Of a stretch of DNA of 64,000 bases, positions 28,617 to 38,302 are shown piece by piece. Position 1 is the stretch's first letter, and every line of letters begins with the position of its first letter. Under the pieces are notes generated by a model. The model saw nothing but the letters and a program-made list of their open reading frames with translations, was not told the origin of the DNA and ran no database searches. The DNA comes from an uncultured Solirubrobacteraceae bacterium (GTDB lineage: Bacteria; Actinomycetota; Thermoleophilia; Solirubrobacterales; Solirubrobacteraceae): the NCBI GenBank assembly GCA_963720975.1, contig CAVRHJ010000007.1, positions 417,995 through 481,994 of the forward strand. Reading direction: 5' to 3'. A program made the position numbers and the translations under genes.

Positions 28617-30106
28617 CTGCGCCCCGCGATCGGGTATGCGGGCACCGTCGCCTCGCTGTCTGATGTCCGAGCGGTAGCTGCGACCGCCGCTGCGAGCACG
28701 TCGGCCAGCCGGTCGATATCGGCGCGCGAGCGCCGCTCGGTGATCGCTACGAGCAGCCCGCCGCGGTCCTCTGCGCGCCCGGTGAGCGCGTGCAGGTCGA
28801 TCCCCGGGTTGACCCCCTGGCTGGTGCAACGGCTGCGCACGGAGGCGACGTCGAGAGGGCTGCCGGTGGGGTCGGTCAGTCGCACAGCGAACTCGCGCAC
28901 GACCGGCTGGCTGTGCAGCTTCTCCACGCCGTCGAGCGCTGTGAGCGTCTCGCGCGCGTAGTGGGTGCGGTTCAGCAGCAGCTCGCCGAGCTCGACGATC
29001 CCGCGCCGGCCGAGCCAGCTCAGGTAGACGACACCGGCGAGCGCGTTCAGCGCCTGCGAGGTGCAGATGTTCGACGTGGCCTTCTCGCGGCGGATGTGCT
29101 GCTCGCGCGTCTGCAGCGTCAGCACGAAGCCGCGCCGACCATCGACGTCTACGGTCTCCCCCGCGATCCGTCCGGGCATCCGCCGCAGGTACTCCTCGCG
29201 CGCGGCGAACAGGCCGAACGACGGCCCGCCGAAGTCGAGGCGATTGCCGAGCGCCTGACCCTCACCGACCGCGACGTCGACGCCGCAGTCGCCCGGCGGG
29301 GCGAGGATGCCCAGCGTGATCGGGTCGACCTGCGCGACGACGATCGGTACGCGCCCACCGTTGCCGTTAGCGCCGACTTCGCCCGCGCCGGGGTCGGCTG
29401 ACGCACCGGCAGCCTTGGCGGCGGCGCTCAGCGCGGCGGCGTCCTCGACCGCGCCGTAGAAGTTCGGTTGGGCGAAGATCGCTGCGCTCGTCTCGCCGTC
29501 GATCGCCGCGACCCATGCCTCGGGATCGGTGACGCCGTCGCGGAGCGGCACCTCGACGACCTCCATGCCGTAGCCGTGGGCATTGGTCCGCAGCGTCTGG
29601 AGCGAATGGGGATGCAGTCCGGCGCTCACGACCAGCCGCCGACCGCCGTTGTGGAGCTTCGCCAGATAGCCGGCCGCGGCGACCGCCGAGGGGCCCTCGT
29701 AGACCGACGCATTCGAGACCGGCAGCCCGGTCAGCTCGGAGATCGCGGTCTGGTACTCGAACATCACCTGCAGCCCACCCTGGGAGATCTCCGGCTGGTA
29801 GGGCGTGTACGGCGTGAGGAACTCCGAGCGCTCCATCAGCATGTCGATCAGCGCGGGGACGTAGTGGTCGTACATCCCGGCGCCGATGAAGCTCAGCTCG
29901 TCCTCGGCGCTGGTGTTACGCGCGGCGAGCGCGCGCAGGTGCTCGTAGACGTCCTGCTCGGGGAGCCCGTCGGGCAGCTCGAGCGCGCGGCCGAGGCGCA
30001 CCGCGTCGGGAATCTGGCGGTCGAAGATCTCCTGCAGCGAGCCGACGCCGATCGCCGCGAGCATCGCGTCGAGGTCCTGCGGGGTGATGGCGGTGTAGCG
30101 GCTCAA
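28613..30106 (-). CDS. gcvPA: Glycine dehydrogenase (decarboxylating) subunit 1
   Basis: FIGAGMYDH, TPYTPYQPEISQG and REQHIRREKATSNICT. Confidence 0.96.
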   Translation of the reverse strand: MSRYTAITPQDLDAMLAAIGVGSLQEIFDRQIPDAVRLGRALELPDGLPEQDVYEHLRALAARNTSAEDELSFIGAGMYDHYVPALIDMLMERSEFLTPYTPYQPEISQGGLQVMFEYQTAISELTGLPVSNASVYEGPSAVAAAGYLAKLHNGGRRLVVSAGLHPHSLQTLRTNAHGYGMEVVEVPLRDGVTDPEAWVAAIDGETSAAIFAQPNFYGAVEDAAALSAAAKAAGASADPGAGEVGANGNGGRVPIVVAQVDPITLGILAPPGDCGVDVAVGEGQALGNRLDFGGPSFGLFAAREEYLRRMPGRIAGETVDVDGRRGFVLTLQTREQHIRREKATSNICTSQALNALAGVVYLSWLGRRGIVELGELLLNRTHYARETLTALDGVEKLHSQPVVREFAVRLTDPTGSPLDVASVRSRCTSQGVNPGIDLHALTGRAEDRGGLLVAITERRSRADIDRLADVLAAAVAATARTSDSEATVPAYPIAGRR

Positions 30107-30118
30107 CTACACAGCAGC

Positions 30119-30508
30119 CTAGCCGGGCAGAAGCGCCTTGTAGGCAGCGGCATTGAGCAGCGTCTCGCTCTCGGCCGGATCGGACAGGCGCACCTTCACC
30201 AGCCAGCCCTCGCCGTAGGAGTCCTCGTTGATCATCGCTGGGTTCTCGGCCAGCGCCTCGTTGACCTCGACGATCTCCCCGGACAGCGGAGCGATCACGT
30301 CGGAGACCGCCTTCACGGACTCGACCTCGGCATAGGAGGCGTCCTTGGTGAGCATCGTGCCGACGGCGGGCGGGTCGAAGAACACGACCTCGCCGAGCGA
30401 GTCCTGCGCGTACCAGGTGATCCCCATGCTCGCCACGTCGCCGTCGATGCGCGCCCAGTCGTGCTCGGGGTGATACAGCAGGTCGTCGGGGTAGCTGGCC
30501 TGGGCCAT
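30119..30508 (-). CDS. gcvH: Glycine cleavage system H protein
   Basis: EHDW, GITWYAQDSLGEV, ESVKA lipoyl-lysine motif and YGEGWL. Confidence 0.96.
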   Translation of the reverse strand: MAQASYPDDLLYHPEHDWARIDGDVASMGITWYAQDSLGEVVFFDPPAVGTMLTKDASYAEVESVKAVSDVIAPLSGEIVEVNEALAENPAMINEDSYGEGWLVKVRLSDPAESETLLNAAAYKALLPG

Positions 30509-31588
30509 TCACGAGCCCTTTCTGTAGAGCGGTTTGTCCTTGACTACGGCGGGGCGCATCTTGCCACGAACGTCTATCTCGAGGTGAGTGCCCACGGCCG
30601 CGTGCTCGCTCGGCACGTACGCCAGTCCGATCCCGGTCTGCAGGCAGGGCGAGAGCGTGCCGCTGGTGACCTCTCCGCCGCCGATCACCGGGTTGCCCGG
30701 GCGCGCGATCCCGGGGCCGTCGACGGCGAACGCGACGAGCTTCTCGGCGGGACCAGCGTCGCGGATCGCGCGCACGGCATCAGCGCCGATGAAACCAGTG
30801 TCCTCCTTGCAACACCAGCCGAGCCCGGCTTCGATCGGGCCACGCTCGACGCTGAGGTCGTTGCCGTAAAGGTGAAAGCAGACCTCCAGGCGCAGCGTGT
30901 CGCGCGCGCCGAGGCCAGCGGGCACGGCGCCGCGGCGCACGATCTCATCCCACAGCGCGGGCGCGTCGCCGGGAGCACACAGCAGCTCCACGCCGTCCTC
31001 GCCTGTGTAGCCGGTGCCGCACACCAGCACCTCCGCTCCTGCCAGGCGCAGCGTGTGTGCGGTCATCCGGGCCGGCAACGGCGCGTCGGAGACCGCCTGG
31101 ACGATCTCCCTGGCGAGCGGACCCTGGACGGCGAGCATCGCCCAGTCATCGAGCCGGTCGCTGACCTCGACATCGGCCGCGTCCATCGCCTTGGCGTTGA
31201 ACCACGCGAAGTCGCGCAGGTGGTTGGCCGCGTTGGTGACCGTCAGATAGCGCTCGACGTCGAGCCGATAGGTGAACAGGTCGTCGAGCACGCCCCCGTC
31301 CTCGCGGCACAGCACGCTGTACTGCGCTCCGCCCGGCGCGATCTTCGAGACGTCGTTGGACAGCAGGCGCTGCAGCAGCTCAAGCGCCCCGGGGCCGCTC
31401 GTTTCGATCTCGCCCATGTGCGACACGTCGAAGATCCCACACGCTTCGCGCACCGCCATGTGCTCCTGAATGACCCCCTCGTACTGGACGGGCATCTCCC
31501 AGCCGGCGAAATCGACCAGCTTCGCTCCCGCCTCGACGTGGCGGTCATGCAGCGGGGTACGGCGCAGTGCGGGGGGAGCCGAGGCCAT
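30509..31588 (-). CDS. gcvT: Glycine cleavage system aminomethyltransferase T
   Basis: FAGWEMP, FDVSHMGE, TGYTGEDG and GLGARDTLRLE. Confidence 0.96.
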   Translation of the reverse strand: MASAPPALRRTPLHDRHVEAGAKLVDFAGWEMPVQYEGVIQEHMAVREACGIFDVSHMGEIETSGPGALELLQRLLSNDVSKIAPGGAQYSVLCREDGGVLDDLFTYRLDVERYLTVTNAANHLRDFAWFNAKAMDAADVEVSDRLDDWAMLAVQGPLAREIVQAVSDAPLPARMTAHTLRLAGAEVLVCGTGYTGEDGVELLCAPGDAPALWDEIVRRGAVPAGLGARDTLRLEVCFHLYGNDLSVERGPIEAGLGWCCKEDTGFIGADAVRAIRDAGPAEKLVAFAVDGPGIARPGNPVIGGGEVTSGTLSPCLQTGIGLAYVPSEHAAVGTHLEIDVRGKMRPAVVKDKPLYRKGS

Positions 31589-31611
31589 TCAGGCGCAGGC
31601 TAGCGCGCCGG

Positions 31612-31683
31612 TCAACGGGGCTTGCTCCTGAGCGGGCGGCATCCCATTGCCCGCAGGTGGCGCTCGAGATCGCGTCGCTTCAA
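31612..31683 (-). pseudogene. hicA: Truncated HicA toxin (23 aa)
   Basis: TTG overlapping the hicB stop gives MKRRDLERHLRAMGCRPLRSKPR*. This is the typical HicA N-terminal helix; the His-containing catalytic half is absent. Confidence 0.7.
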
Positions 31684-31904
31684 GCGGCGATGGTCAGATG
31701 CAGTGCCTCGCGCTCGAATCCCTCGTCGTCAGCAGACCCCGGCAGAGGAGACAGCATCACGCACAGCGCGTCGATCACGTTCGCACGCGCTTCCTCACGG
31801 GTATGGCCTTGGCTGAACACGCCGCGGACCTGCGGGATCGAGGCGATGATCCAGCCGTCCTCGCCTGGCTCGTAGACGATGGTCAAGTCGAGCTGCTCTG
31901 GCAC
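31680..31904 (-). CDS. hicB: Short HicB-family antitoxin
   Basis: LTIVYEPGEDGWIIASIPQVRGVFSQGHTREEARANVIDAL; TATCGT box 6 nt before GTG 31904. Confidence 0.85.
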   Translation of the reverse strand: MPEQLDLTIVYEPGEDGWIIASIPQVRGVFSQGHTREEARANVIDALCVMLSPLPGSADDEGFEREALHLTIAA

Positions 31905-32019
31905 AAAGACACGATACTCCTGACTCCGACCGGAGAGACGGATCGGGACAGGACCTGCGCTCACTCGGCCATTCGGCGTGAGCTGGACCTGATCGACCGC
32001 CGGGAGGGGCGATGATTCG

Positions 32020-32817
32020 ATGATGAGCACCTCCCCGGGACTCGCGGGCGATGCGACACTCCTGCTCCAGCTGAGCGACCTGCACCTACGGGCGGGCGAG
32101 GACGGGCCGGAGCGACGCCTTGCGCACGCGATCGCCGCCGCGAGCGAGCTTCGCCCCCGGCCCGTCGGCATGCTGGTGTGCGGGGACGTCGCCGACGAGC
32201 CGTCCGCAGAGGTGTACGAGCGGGCTCAGCGGATGCTCGCCACGATGGACATCCCGGTCTATGCGATCCCGGGCAACCACGACGACCGCGACCTGCTGGC
32301 CGCGAGCTTCGCCGGGCGCACGAGTGCGACCGGCGCGCCCGTGAACGTCCGGGCCGACGTCGGCGGGCTGCGGCTCGTGGGCTGCGACACCAGTGTGCCC
32401 GGCATGGTCGGCGGCGCCTTGGCGGCCGACCAGCTGGCGTGGCTCGCGGCGACGCTCGAGGAGGAGCCGGCGCGGCCGACGCTGCTCGCGCTGCACCACC
32501 CGCCGGTCGCGTGCGGCATCGTCGCGATGGACGCGATCGCGATGGACGAGCACGACGCGGCCCGTCTCGAGTCGCTGCTAGAAACTCAGCCTCAGGTCCT
32601 CGCAGTGAGCTGCGGGCACGTGCACCGCACCGTCACTACGACGTTCGCGGGACGGCCGCTGCTGATCTGCCCGAGCACCAACTCGGCGCTCCGCATCGAC
32701 CTGCGCCCTGACGAGGGCCTGCCCGCGACGTTCGAGGAGCAGCCGCTCGGGTTCGCCGTGCACGTGCTCAGCGAGGGTCGGCTGGTCTCGCACGTCCAGC
32801 CACTCGACGTGCACTGA
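32020..32817 (+). CDS. Metallophosphoesterase, CpdA/Icc-like phosphodiesterase
   Basis: SDLH, GDVAD, GNHD, LHHPP and GHVH motifs. Confidence 0.88.
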   Translation: MMSTSPGLAGDATLLLQLSDLHLRAGEDGPERRLAHAIAAASELRPRPVGMLVCGDVADEPSAEVYERAQRMLATMDIPVYAIPGNHDDRDLLAASFAGRTSATGAPVNVRADVGGLRLVGCDTSVPGMVGGALAADQLAWLAATLEEEPARPTLLALHHPPVACGIVAMDAIAMDEHDAARLESLLETQPQVLAVSCGHVHRTVTTTFAGRPLLICPSTNSALRIDLRPDEGLPATFEEQPLGFAVHVLSEGRLVSHVQPLDVH

Positions 32818-32819
32818 TC

Positions 32820-32841
32820 GGCACCGCATAGGCACCGCATA
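32820..32841. repeat. 11-bp perfect tandem duplication
   Basis: ggcaccgcata twice, between the convergent phosphoesterase and ftsZ stops. Confidence 0.8.
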
Positions 32842-32863
32842 TCAAGAATGACGAGGGTCGCCG

Positions 32864-33943
32864 CTAGCGCAGGAACGGCGGGACGTCGATGTCCTCGTCT
32901 GAGATCTCGAGCGTCGAGCGCTGGCGATCTGAGATGCTGGGACCCCGGTCCGGTCTGGCTGCGCGGCCGCTCTCGCGACGCGGAGTGCGGCCTGGACGAT
33001 GGTCGAAGCCGGTGCCGATGACCGTCACGCGCACCTCGTCGGCCATCGTCTCGTCGATCACCGCGCCGAAGATGATGTTCGCGTTCGGGTCGGCCTCGTT
33101 CTGGATGATCTCGGCCGCGTCGTTGACCTCGAACAGGCCCAGGTCGCGCCCGCCGGTGATGTTCAGCAGGATCCCCGTGGCGCCGTCGACAGACTCTTCC
33201 AGCAGCGGCGAGGAGATCGCCGCGCGGGCGGCGTCTGCACAGCGGGTCTCGCCGCTCGCGGTGCCGATTCCCATCAGCGCCGAGCCGGCGTCCTCCATGA
33301 TCGTGCGCACGTCCGCGAAGTCGAGGTTGATCAGGCCGGGGATCGTGATCAGGTCGGTGATTCCCTGCACGCCCTGGCGCAGCACGTTGTCCGCCTCGCG
33401 GAACGCGTCCAGCATCGACGTGCGCCGCTCGACCACCGCCAGCAGCTTCTCGTTCGGGATCACGATCAGCGTGTCCACGACCTCGCGTAGGCGCTCGATC
33501 CCCTCGGTCGCCTGGCGACCGCGCTGGGAGCCCTCGAAGTCGAACGGGCGCGTGACCACGCCGACAGTCAGCGCGCCGATCTCGTTCTTCGCGATCTCCG
33601 CGATCACCGGGGCGGCGCCCGTGCCTGTGCCGCCACCCTCGCCCGCGGTCACGAACACCATGTCAGCGCCCTTCAGCGCCTCCTTGATGTCGTCGCGCGA
33701 CTCCGACGCGGAGGCCAGCCCGACGTCCGGGTTGGCGCCCGCGCCGAGGCCCTTCGTCGACTCGTGGCCGATGTTCAGCTTGATGTCGGCGTCGCACATC
33801 GCGAGCGCCTGCGCGTCAGTGTTGGCGGCGATGAACTCCACACCGCGAAGGCCGGCATCGACCATGCGGCTGACCGCGTTGGTGCCGCCGCCGCCAACGC
33901 CAACGACCTTGATTACTGCCAGATAGCTTCCGCTGCTCTCCAT
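32864..33943 (-). CDS. ftsZ: Cell division protein FtsZ
   Basis: [25 protein letters not shown] and C-terminal DIDVPPFLR. Confidence 0.98.
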   Translation of the reverse strand: MESSGSYLAVIKVVGVGGGGTNAVSRMVDAGLRGVEFIAANTDAQALAMCDADIKLNIGHESTKGLGAGANPDVGLASASESRDDIKEALKGADMVFVTAGEGGGTGTGAAPVIAEIAKNEIGALTVGVVTRPFDFEGSQRGRQATEGIERLREVVDTLIVIPNEKLLAVVERRTSMLDAFREADNVLRQGVQGITDLITIPGLINLDFADVRTIMEDAGSALMGIGTASGETRCADAARAAISSPLLEESVDGATGILLNITGGRDLGLFEVNDAAEIIQNEADPNANIIFGAVIDETMADEVRVTVIGTGFDHRPGRTPRRESGRAARPDRGPSISDRQRSTLEISDEDIDVPPFLR

Positions 33944-34126
33944 GATGGTTCTGTCCGAAGCCTTCAGTAGAAATGTAGGGTTCGCAGCATACCTGGTCGC
34001 CGAACCGCCGGGTTGTGCACGTTATGCAGGGATCTTCGCCCTGTCAACGACAACGCCGAGTCTCGCAACAATCGTTGCAGATCGCCCGACTCTCGACCAC
34101 TGCATGAGGATCGACCGACATGTGCC

Positions 34127-34149
34127 CTCAACCTAGACTTGAGGTTGAG
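34127..34149. promoter_or_regulatory. Perfect 8-bp inverted repeat upstream of ftsZ, candidate regulator site
   Basis: CTCAACCT-agacttg-AGGTTGAG in an AT-enriched ftsQ-ftsZ spacer. Confidence 0.6.
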
Positions 34150-34155
34150 TCATTG

Positions 34156-35259
34156 TTAACCCCCGACCGTTCCCCCTTCCCGAGCTCCTTCGACTTCCCT
34201 GCCGGAACCAGTTTCTGCGGCAGGCGCTGCCGATGATTCCGAGGATGAAGTCGGCGCTGCGGAGGCGCCGCTAGCGCCTGAGGTAGTGCTCGCCGCTTCT
34301 TCGGATGGCTGTCCGGCTTCGCCGCTGCCGGCGCTCAGGCCGGCCGCAAGCGAGGCGACCGTCGATTCCGAGCCGCCCGCCGGTTCGCTCGCGCCGGACG
34401 TTTCCGAGGCGGCCGGCGGAGAGACCCCTGCGGGGAAACCAGCGGCCGGGCGCGCGGGCACGCGAACGTCGACGTAGGAGGTACCCGCGGAGCTCGAGTC
34501 CGCGAGCACGCGCTCCAGCGACAGCCACTTGGCGTGCGGGCGCACCGCGTTACCGAAGTACACCAACAGGCCGCCCCGCATCACCAGGGTCAAGCCCTTC
34601 GGTCCCGTGTAACCGCGTTCGACAAGCTTCACGAGCGGGCCTGGGGCGGCGCCGAGGACGCTCAGCACCGCGAGCAGGTTGGCGCCGCGCACGCGCCTGC
34701 CGACGGCCGGCTCGAGCGACGCGCTGACGGTCGCCAGCGAGCTGGACAACAGCGCCGGCCCGAGCACCACACCGTCCGCAGCGAGCGCCGTACGCGAGCC
34801 TCCGACGTCCAGAGCGGCGACCGGCAACTGCTCCACGACCGCGATCCTCAGCCCGTGGGGGAAGCTCGGGTATGCCCGCACCTCGCGCACCAGATGAAAC
34901 GACGAGACCGCCGCCATCAGCGCCGCCGGATGCACGTCCAGGGTGCTCATGCCCTTGGCCGCGTCCGACAGGGCCGCGTCCAGCGCGTGCGCGCTCGGAC
35001 CGTGGACGCCGCTGATCTTCACGTGCTCGACCGACACGAGCGGCGAATGCCGCAGCAACAGCCATCCGCCGCCGAGCAGCGGCAGCGCGATCAACACCGC
35101 CAGCAGCGCGATGCGCAGCCGCCGTCTCGTCCACACGAACGCGAACCAAGCGCGGATTCGCTGTGCGCCCGCGCGCAGCAGGCGCAGGACCGCGGGCGCC
35201 TCGCGCGAGCGTCTCGGTGGGACGCGGCGAGATGCGGGCGCGGCGAGCGAGCGGGCCAT
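34156..35259 (-). CDS. ftsQ: Cell division protein FtsQ/DivIB with long disordered tail
   Basis: Single TM helix; POTRA-like SPLVSVEHVKISG...FPHGLRIAVVE; YVDVRVP..PA; position in the dcw cluster. Confidence 0.85.
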   Translation of the reverse strand: MARSLAAPASRRVPPRRSREAPAVLRLLRAGAQRIRAWFAFVWTRRRLRIALLAVLIALPLLGGGWLLLRHSPLVSVEHVKISGVHGPSAHALDAALSDAAKGMSTLDVHPAALMAAVSSFHLVREVRAYPSFPHGLRIAVVEQLPVAALDVGGSRTALAADGVVLGPALLSSSLATVSASLEPAVGRRVRGANLLAVLSVLGAAPGPLVKLVERGYTGPKGLTLVMRGGLLVYFGNAVRPHAKWLSLERVLADSSSAGTSYVDVRVPARPAAGFPAGVSPPAASETSGASEPAGGSESTVASLAAGLSAGSGEAGQPSEEAASTTSGASGASAAPTSSSESSAAPAAETGSGREVEGAREGGTVGG

Positions 35260-35361
35260 TGACGGGGTTCTTCGACCCCGCGGCGAGAACCCCTACCCGT
35301 TTCCCGCGCGTGCGCGCTCCGATCCTCCCCACCGTCCGCGGCCGGCGAGAACATCCAGTCG

Positions 35362-36048
35362 ATGACTCTGCCCTTCGCCGTCGACTGGCCGACGATAGCC
35401 TCGCTGGCAACCGCGGCCGGGACGCTCGTGCTTGCCGTGGCGACGTTCTCCTCGGTGCGTTTCGGACAGCGCTCGACACGTATTGCGGAGCGTTCGACGG
35501 CGATTGCCGAGCGGGCGCTGTTGGTCGGCCTGCGGCCTGTGCTCGCTCCCTCGCGTGTGACCGATCCGCCCGAGACGGTCCGCTTTGGCGAGGGACGGCT
35601 GGTGAACGTCGAAGGCGGCATGGCCGCAGTCGAGCGTGCAGGCGACGGCGAGGACGAGAACTACTACTTCGTGATCCCCCTGCGCAATGTCGGCAACGGC
35701 CTCGCGGTCCTTCAAGCCTGGCACCTGACGGCGCGGCGCCCTGAGCTGAGCGCTTCTCACCTCGAGCCGGCGGAGCATCGCACGCAGTCACGTGATCTGT
35801 ACGTGCCAGCCGGCGACATTGGTTTCTGGCAGGGGGCGATACGCGAGCCCGACGATCCCTTCCGCGAGGGTCTGCACGCGGCGTTCCTCGCCGGCGAGAC
35901 CCTGACCGTCGATCTGCTCTACGGGGACCACGAGGGCGGTCAGATGGCGATCAGCCGCTTCATCCTCACGCGCGAGGAGGACAATCACTGGCGCCCTGGG
36001 GTCGTCCGCCACTGGCCGCTCGAAGGCATCGACCCACGCCAGCGCTAG
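35362..36048 (+). CDS. Membrane-anchored hypothetical protein inserted antisense in the dcw cluster
   Basis: 228 aa with normal composition and GC3-rich codons; N-terminal TM helix WPTIASLATAAGTLVLAVATF; fills the murB-ftsQ gap. Confidence 0.75.
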   Translation: MTLPFAVDWPTIASLATAAGTLVLAVATFSSVRFGQRSTRIAERSTAIAERALLVGLRPVLAPSRVTDPPETVRFGEGRLVNVEGGMAAVERAGDGEDENYYFVIPLRNVGNGLAVLQAWHLTARRPELSASHLEPAEHRTQSRDLYVPAGDIGFWQGAIREPDDPFREGLHAAFLAGETLTVDLLYGDHEGGQMAISRFILTREEDNHWRPGVVRHWPLEGIDPRQR

Positions 36049-36059
36049 CAGGCCAGAGC

Positions 36060-36968
36060 TCAGGCCACCTGCCACGGGAAGTGGACCTGGCCGAGCGTTT
36101 GCACCTCCGGCTCGAGCGCCACGCCAAACCGCTCGAGCACCAAGCGGCGGCCCTCCCCCATCACAGCGATCACGTCGGCTGTCGTCGCGCTGCCGGTGTT
36201 CTCGATGAAGTTGGCGTGCTTCGGCGCGAAGCGGGCGCCGCCGACCGCCAGGCCGTTGCATCCGGCGTCGGCCAGCAGCAGCCCGGCGCTGCGTCCCTCA
36301 GCGCGCGGATCCTCCGGGTTCTTGAACGTCGAACCGAACGTCTTGATCCCCTGCGGCTGGGCCTCGTGGCGGCGGCGGCGCATCTGCTCGAGCGTCGCTT
36401 TGACCGACTCGGCGTCCGCGTCCGCCAACTTCAGTCGAGCGCGTGCGACGATCTCTCCGTCCGTCAGCGCCGAGCGGCGGTAGCCGAGCCCGAGCTCGCT
36501 CGGCGCGCGGCGCTGCAGGCCGGCGGCCGTCGCGATCTCGACCCACTCGAGCACGCGCTCGAGCTCGCCGCCGTACGCGTTGGCGTTCATCCGCACCGCG
36601 CCGCCGACCGTGCCGGGGATGTTGACGCCGAACTCGATCCCCGACAGACCCGCGCGCGCCGCGCGCGCCGCCACCGCCGGCAAGCGCGCACCACCGCCGC
36701 ACAACGCGGAGCAGCCCTCGATCGAGATCGCGGCGAGCTCGCCGTCGAGCTTGATCACAAGGCCGGGCACGCCGTCATCGGCGACCAGCAGGTTGGAGCC
36801 CGAGCCGACCACGCCGATCTCCAGGCCAGCATCGCCGGCCCACTGAAGCAACTCGATCAGCTCGCCCTCGCCGCCCGCGCGCGCGAAGAACTCCGCGGCC
36901 CCGCCGGTGCGCACGGTCGTCAGCTTCCCGAGCGGGAAGTCCTGTCGTACGGCCGGCGGCCGGCTCAC
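36060..36968 (-). CDS. murB: UDP-N-acetylmuramate dehydrogenase
   Basis: GSGSNLL, IPGTVGGAVRMNANAYG, FGSTFKNP, HANFIEN and LEPEV. Confidence 0.95.
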   Translation of the reverse strand: MSRPPAVRQDFPLGKLTTVRTGGAAEFFARAGGEGELIELLQWAGDAGLEIGVVGSGSNLLVADDGVPGLVIKLDGELAAISIEGCSALCGGGARLPAVAARAARAGLSGIEFGVNIPGTVGGAVRMNANAYGGELERVLEWVEIATAAGLQRRAPSELGLGYRRSALTDGEIVARARLKLADADAESVKATLEQMRRRRHEAQPQGIKTFGSTFKNPEDPRAEGRSAGLLLADAGCNGLAVGGARFAPKHANFIENTGSATTADVIAVMGEGRRLVLERFGVALEPEVQTLGQVHFPWQVA

Positions 36969-38302
36969 GCACCCACCAGCGCGCGCCCCAGCTCGTCGAC
37001 GTCACCGGCGCCCATCACCACGCACACGTCTCCCTCCCTGAGCATCGCCTGCAGCACCGGCTCGGCGTCGGCGAACGCGGGCAGCCAGTACACCGGCCTT
37101 CCGCCAGACGCGTCGGCGGTCGCCTCGGCGATCAGCAGCCCACTCACACCTGGATGATCCTCGGCACGCTCGCGCGCCGGGTACACATCCAGCACGACAG
37201 TCTCGTCGGCGAGCGCCAACGCGCGACCGAACTCCCTGGCGAGCAGCGCAGTGCGCGAGAACAGATGTGGCTGGAACACGGCCACGAGGCGCTCGTGCGG
37301 GAACGTTCGCGCCGCCTGCAGCGTGGCGGTGACCTCCGTCGGGTGGTGGGCGTAGTCGTCGTACACGAGCGCGCCGCGCGTGCTCGTGCCGAGCGCCTGG
37401 AAGCGCCGGCCGGCGCCGTGGAAGCCCGCCAGCCCGGCGATCGCCCGCTCAGGGTCGGCGCCCGCGATCCTTGCTGCCTCAAGCGCGCCGGTCGCGTTGA
37501 GCGCGTTGTGCGCGCCGGGGACCACCAGCGAGACCTCGTTCCCGCGCCACTGGAAACGCGAGCCGCCGGCGCTCAGCGTGACCGCGGACGTGTCGTACGG
37601 CGTCAGCGGCCCGTCGCGCAGCTCGAGCAGCTCCGGGCGATCCCACACGACGGCCGACGCCGGCCCCGTCAGGAACTCCCTGAACGCGTCGCGCAGCTGC
37701 GCCAGTGAGGCGAACGTCGCGTGGTGCTCCAGCTCGACGTTCGTCAGCAGCGCAATCTCGACGCTCAGGCTGAGCATCGAGCGGTCCGACTCGTCCGCCT
37801 CGACCACCAGCCATTCGCCCTCGCCCCACTCCGCGTTCGCCAGGCCGTCGCCGATCGGCGCCCCGATCAGCCATCCGGGCCGCATCCCGGCTGCCCGCAG
37901 GGCATGGGCGATCATCGATGCCGTCGTCGTCTTGCCGTGCGTGCCGGCGACCGCGATCGTGCGCCGCATCGCGGTCAACTCGCCCAGCAGCTCCGCACGC
38001 GAGCGCTCCGCGATGCCGCGCTCTCGGGCGGCGCGTCGCTCGACGTTCTCGCCGCCGACGGCTGAGGAGTAAACGAGCTCGATGCCGTCCCCCGCGGGGA
38101 GGTTCTCCGCGCGGTGACCGATCGCAGCGTCGAGCACGCCGTCGGCGGCGAGCCGCCGCAGATAAGGGCCGCCGCGGGCGTCCGAGCCGCTGACCTCGGC
38201 GCCCAGGGCGTGCGTCGCGCGCGCATAGCCGCTCATGCCAGCGCCGCCCACACCGACGAAATGCACGCGCCGCCCGCTCCACGGGCGCTCCTGCGCACTC
38301 AT
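36965..38302 (-). CDS. murC: UDP-N-acetylmuramate--L-alanine ligase
   Basis: VGVGGAGMS, AGTHGKTTT, EADESD, DDYAHHPTE and FQPH.FSRT. Confidence 0.96.
   Translation of the reverse strand: MSAQERPWSGRRVHFVGVGGAGMSGYARATHALGAEVSGSDARGGPYLRRLAADGVLDAAIGHRAENLPAGDGIELVYSSAVGGENVERRAARERGIAERSRAELLGELTAMRRTIAVAGTHGKTTTASMIAHALRAAGMRPGWLIGAPIGDGLANAEWGEGEWLVVEADESDRSMLSLSVEIALLTNVELEHHATFASLAQLRDAFREFLTGPASAVVWDRPELLELRDGPLTPYDTSAVTLSAGGSRFQWRGNEVSLVVPGAHNALNATGALEAARIAGADPERAIAGLAGFHGAGRRFQALGTSTRGALVYDDYAHHPTEVTATLQAARTFPHERLVAVFQPHLFSRTALLAREFGRALALADETVVLDVYPARERAEDHPGVSGLLIAEATADASGGRPVYWLPAFADAEPVLQAMLREGDVCVVMGAGDVDELGRALVGA

Noticed and set aside
29468-31603. 711-aa plus-strand ORF, and similar ones such as 42927-44897, 2756-4249 and 17761-19305
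   Set aside because: Antisense shadows of well-supported genes, expected from GC3 bias; no motifs.
31589-31680. Glycine riboswitch upstream of gcvT
   Set aside because: No recognisable aptamer motifs; the space is occupied by the hicA remnant and a -10-like box 8 nt before the ATG.
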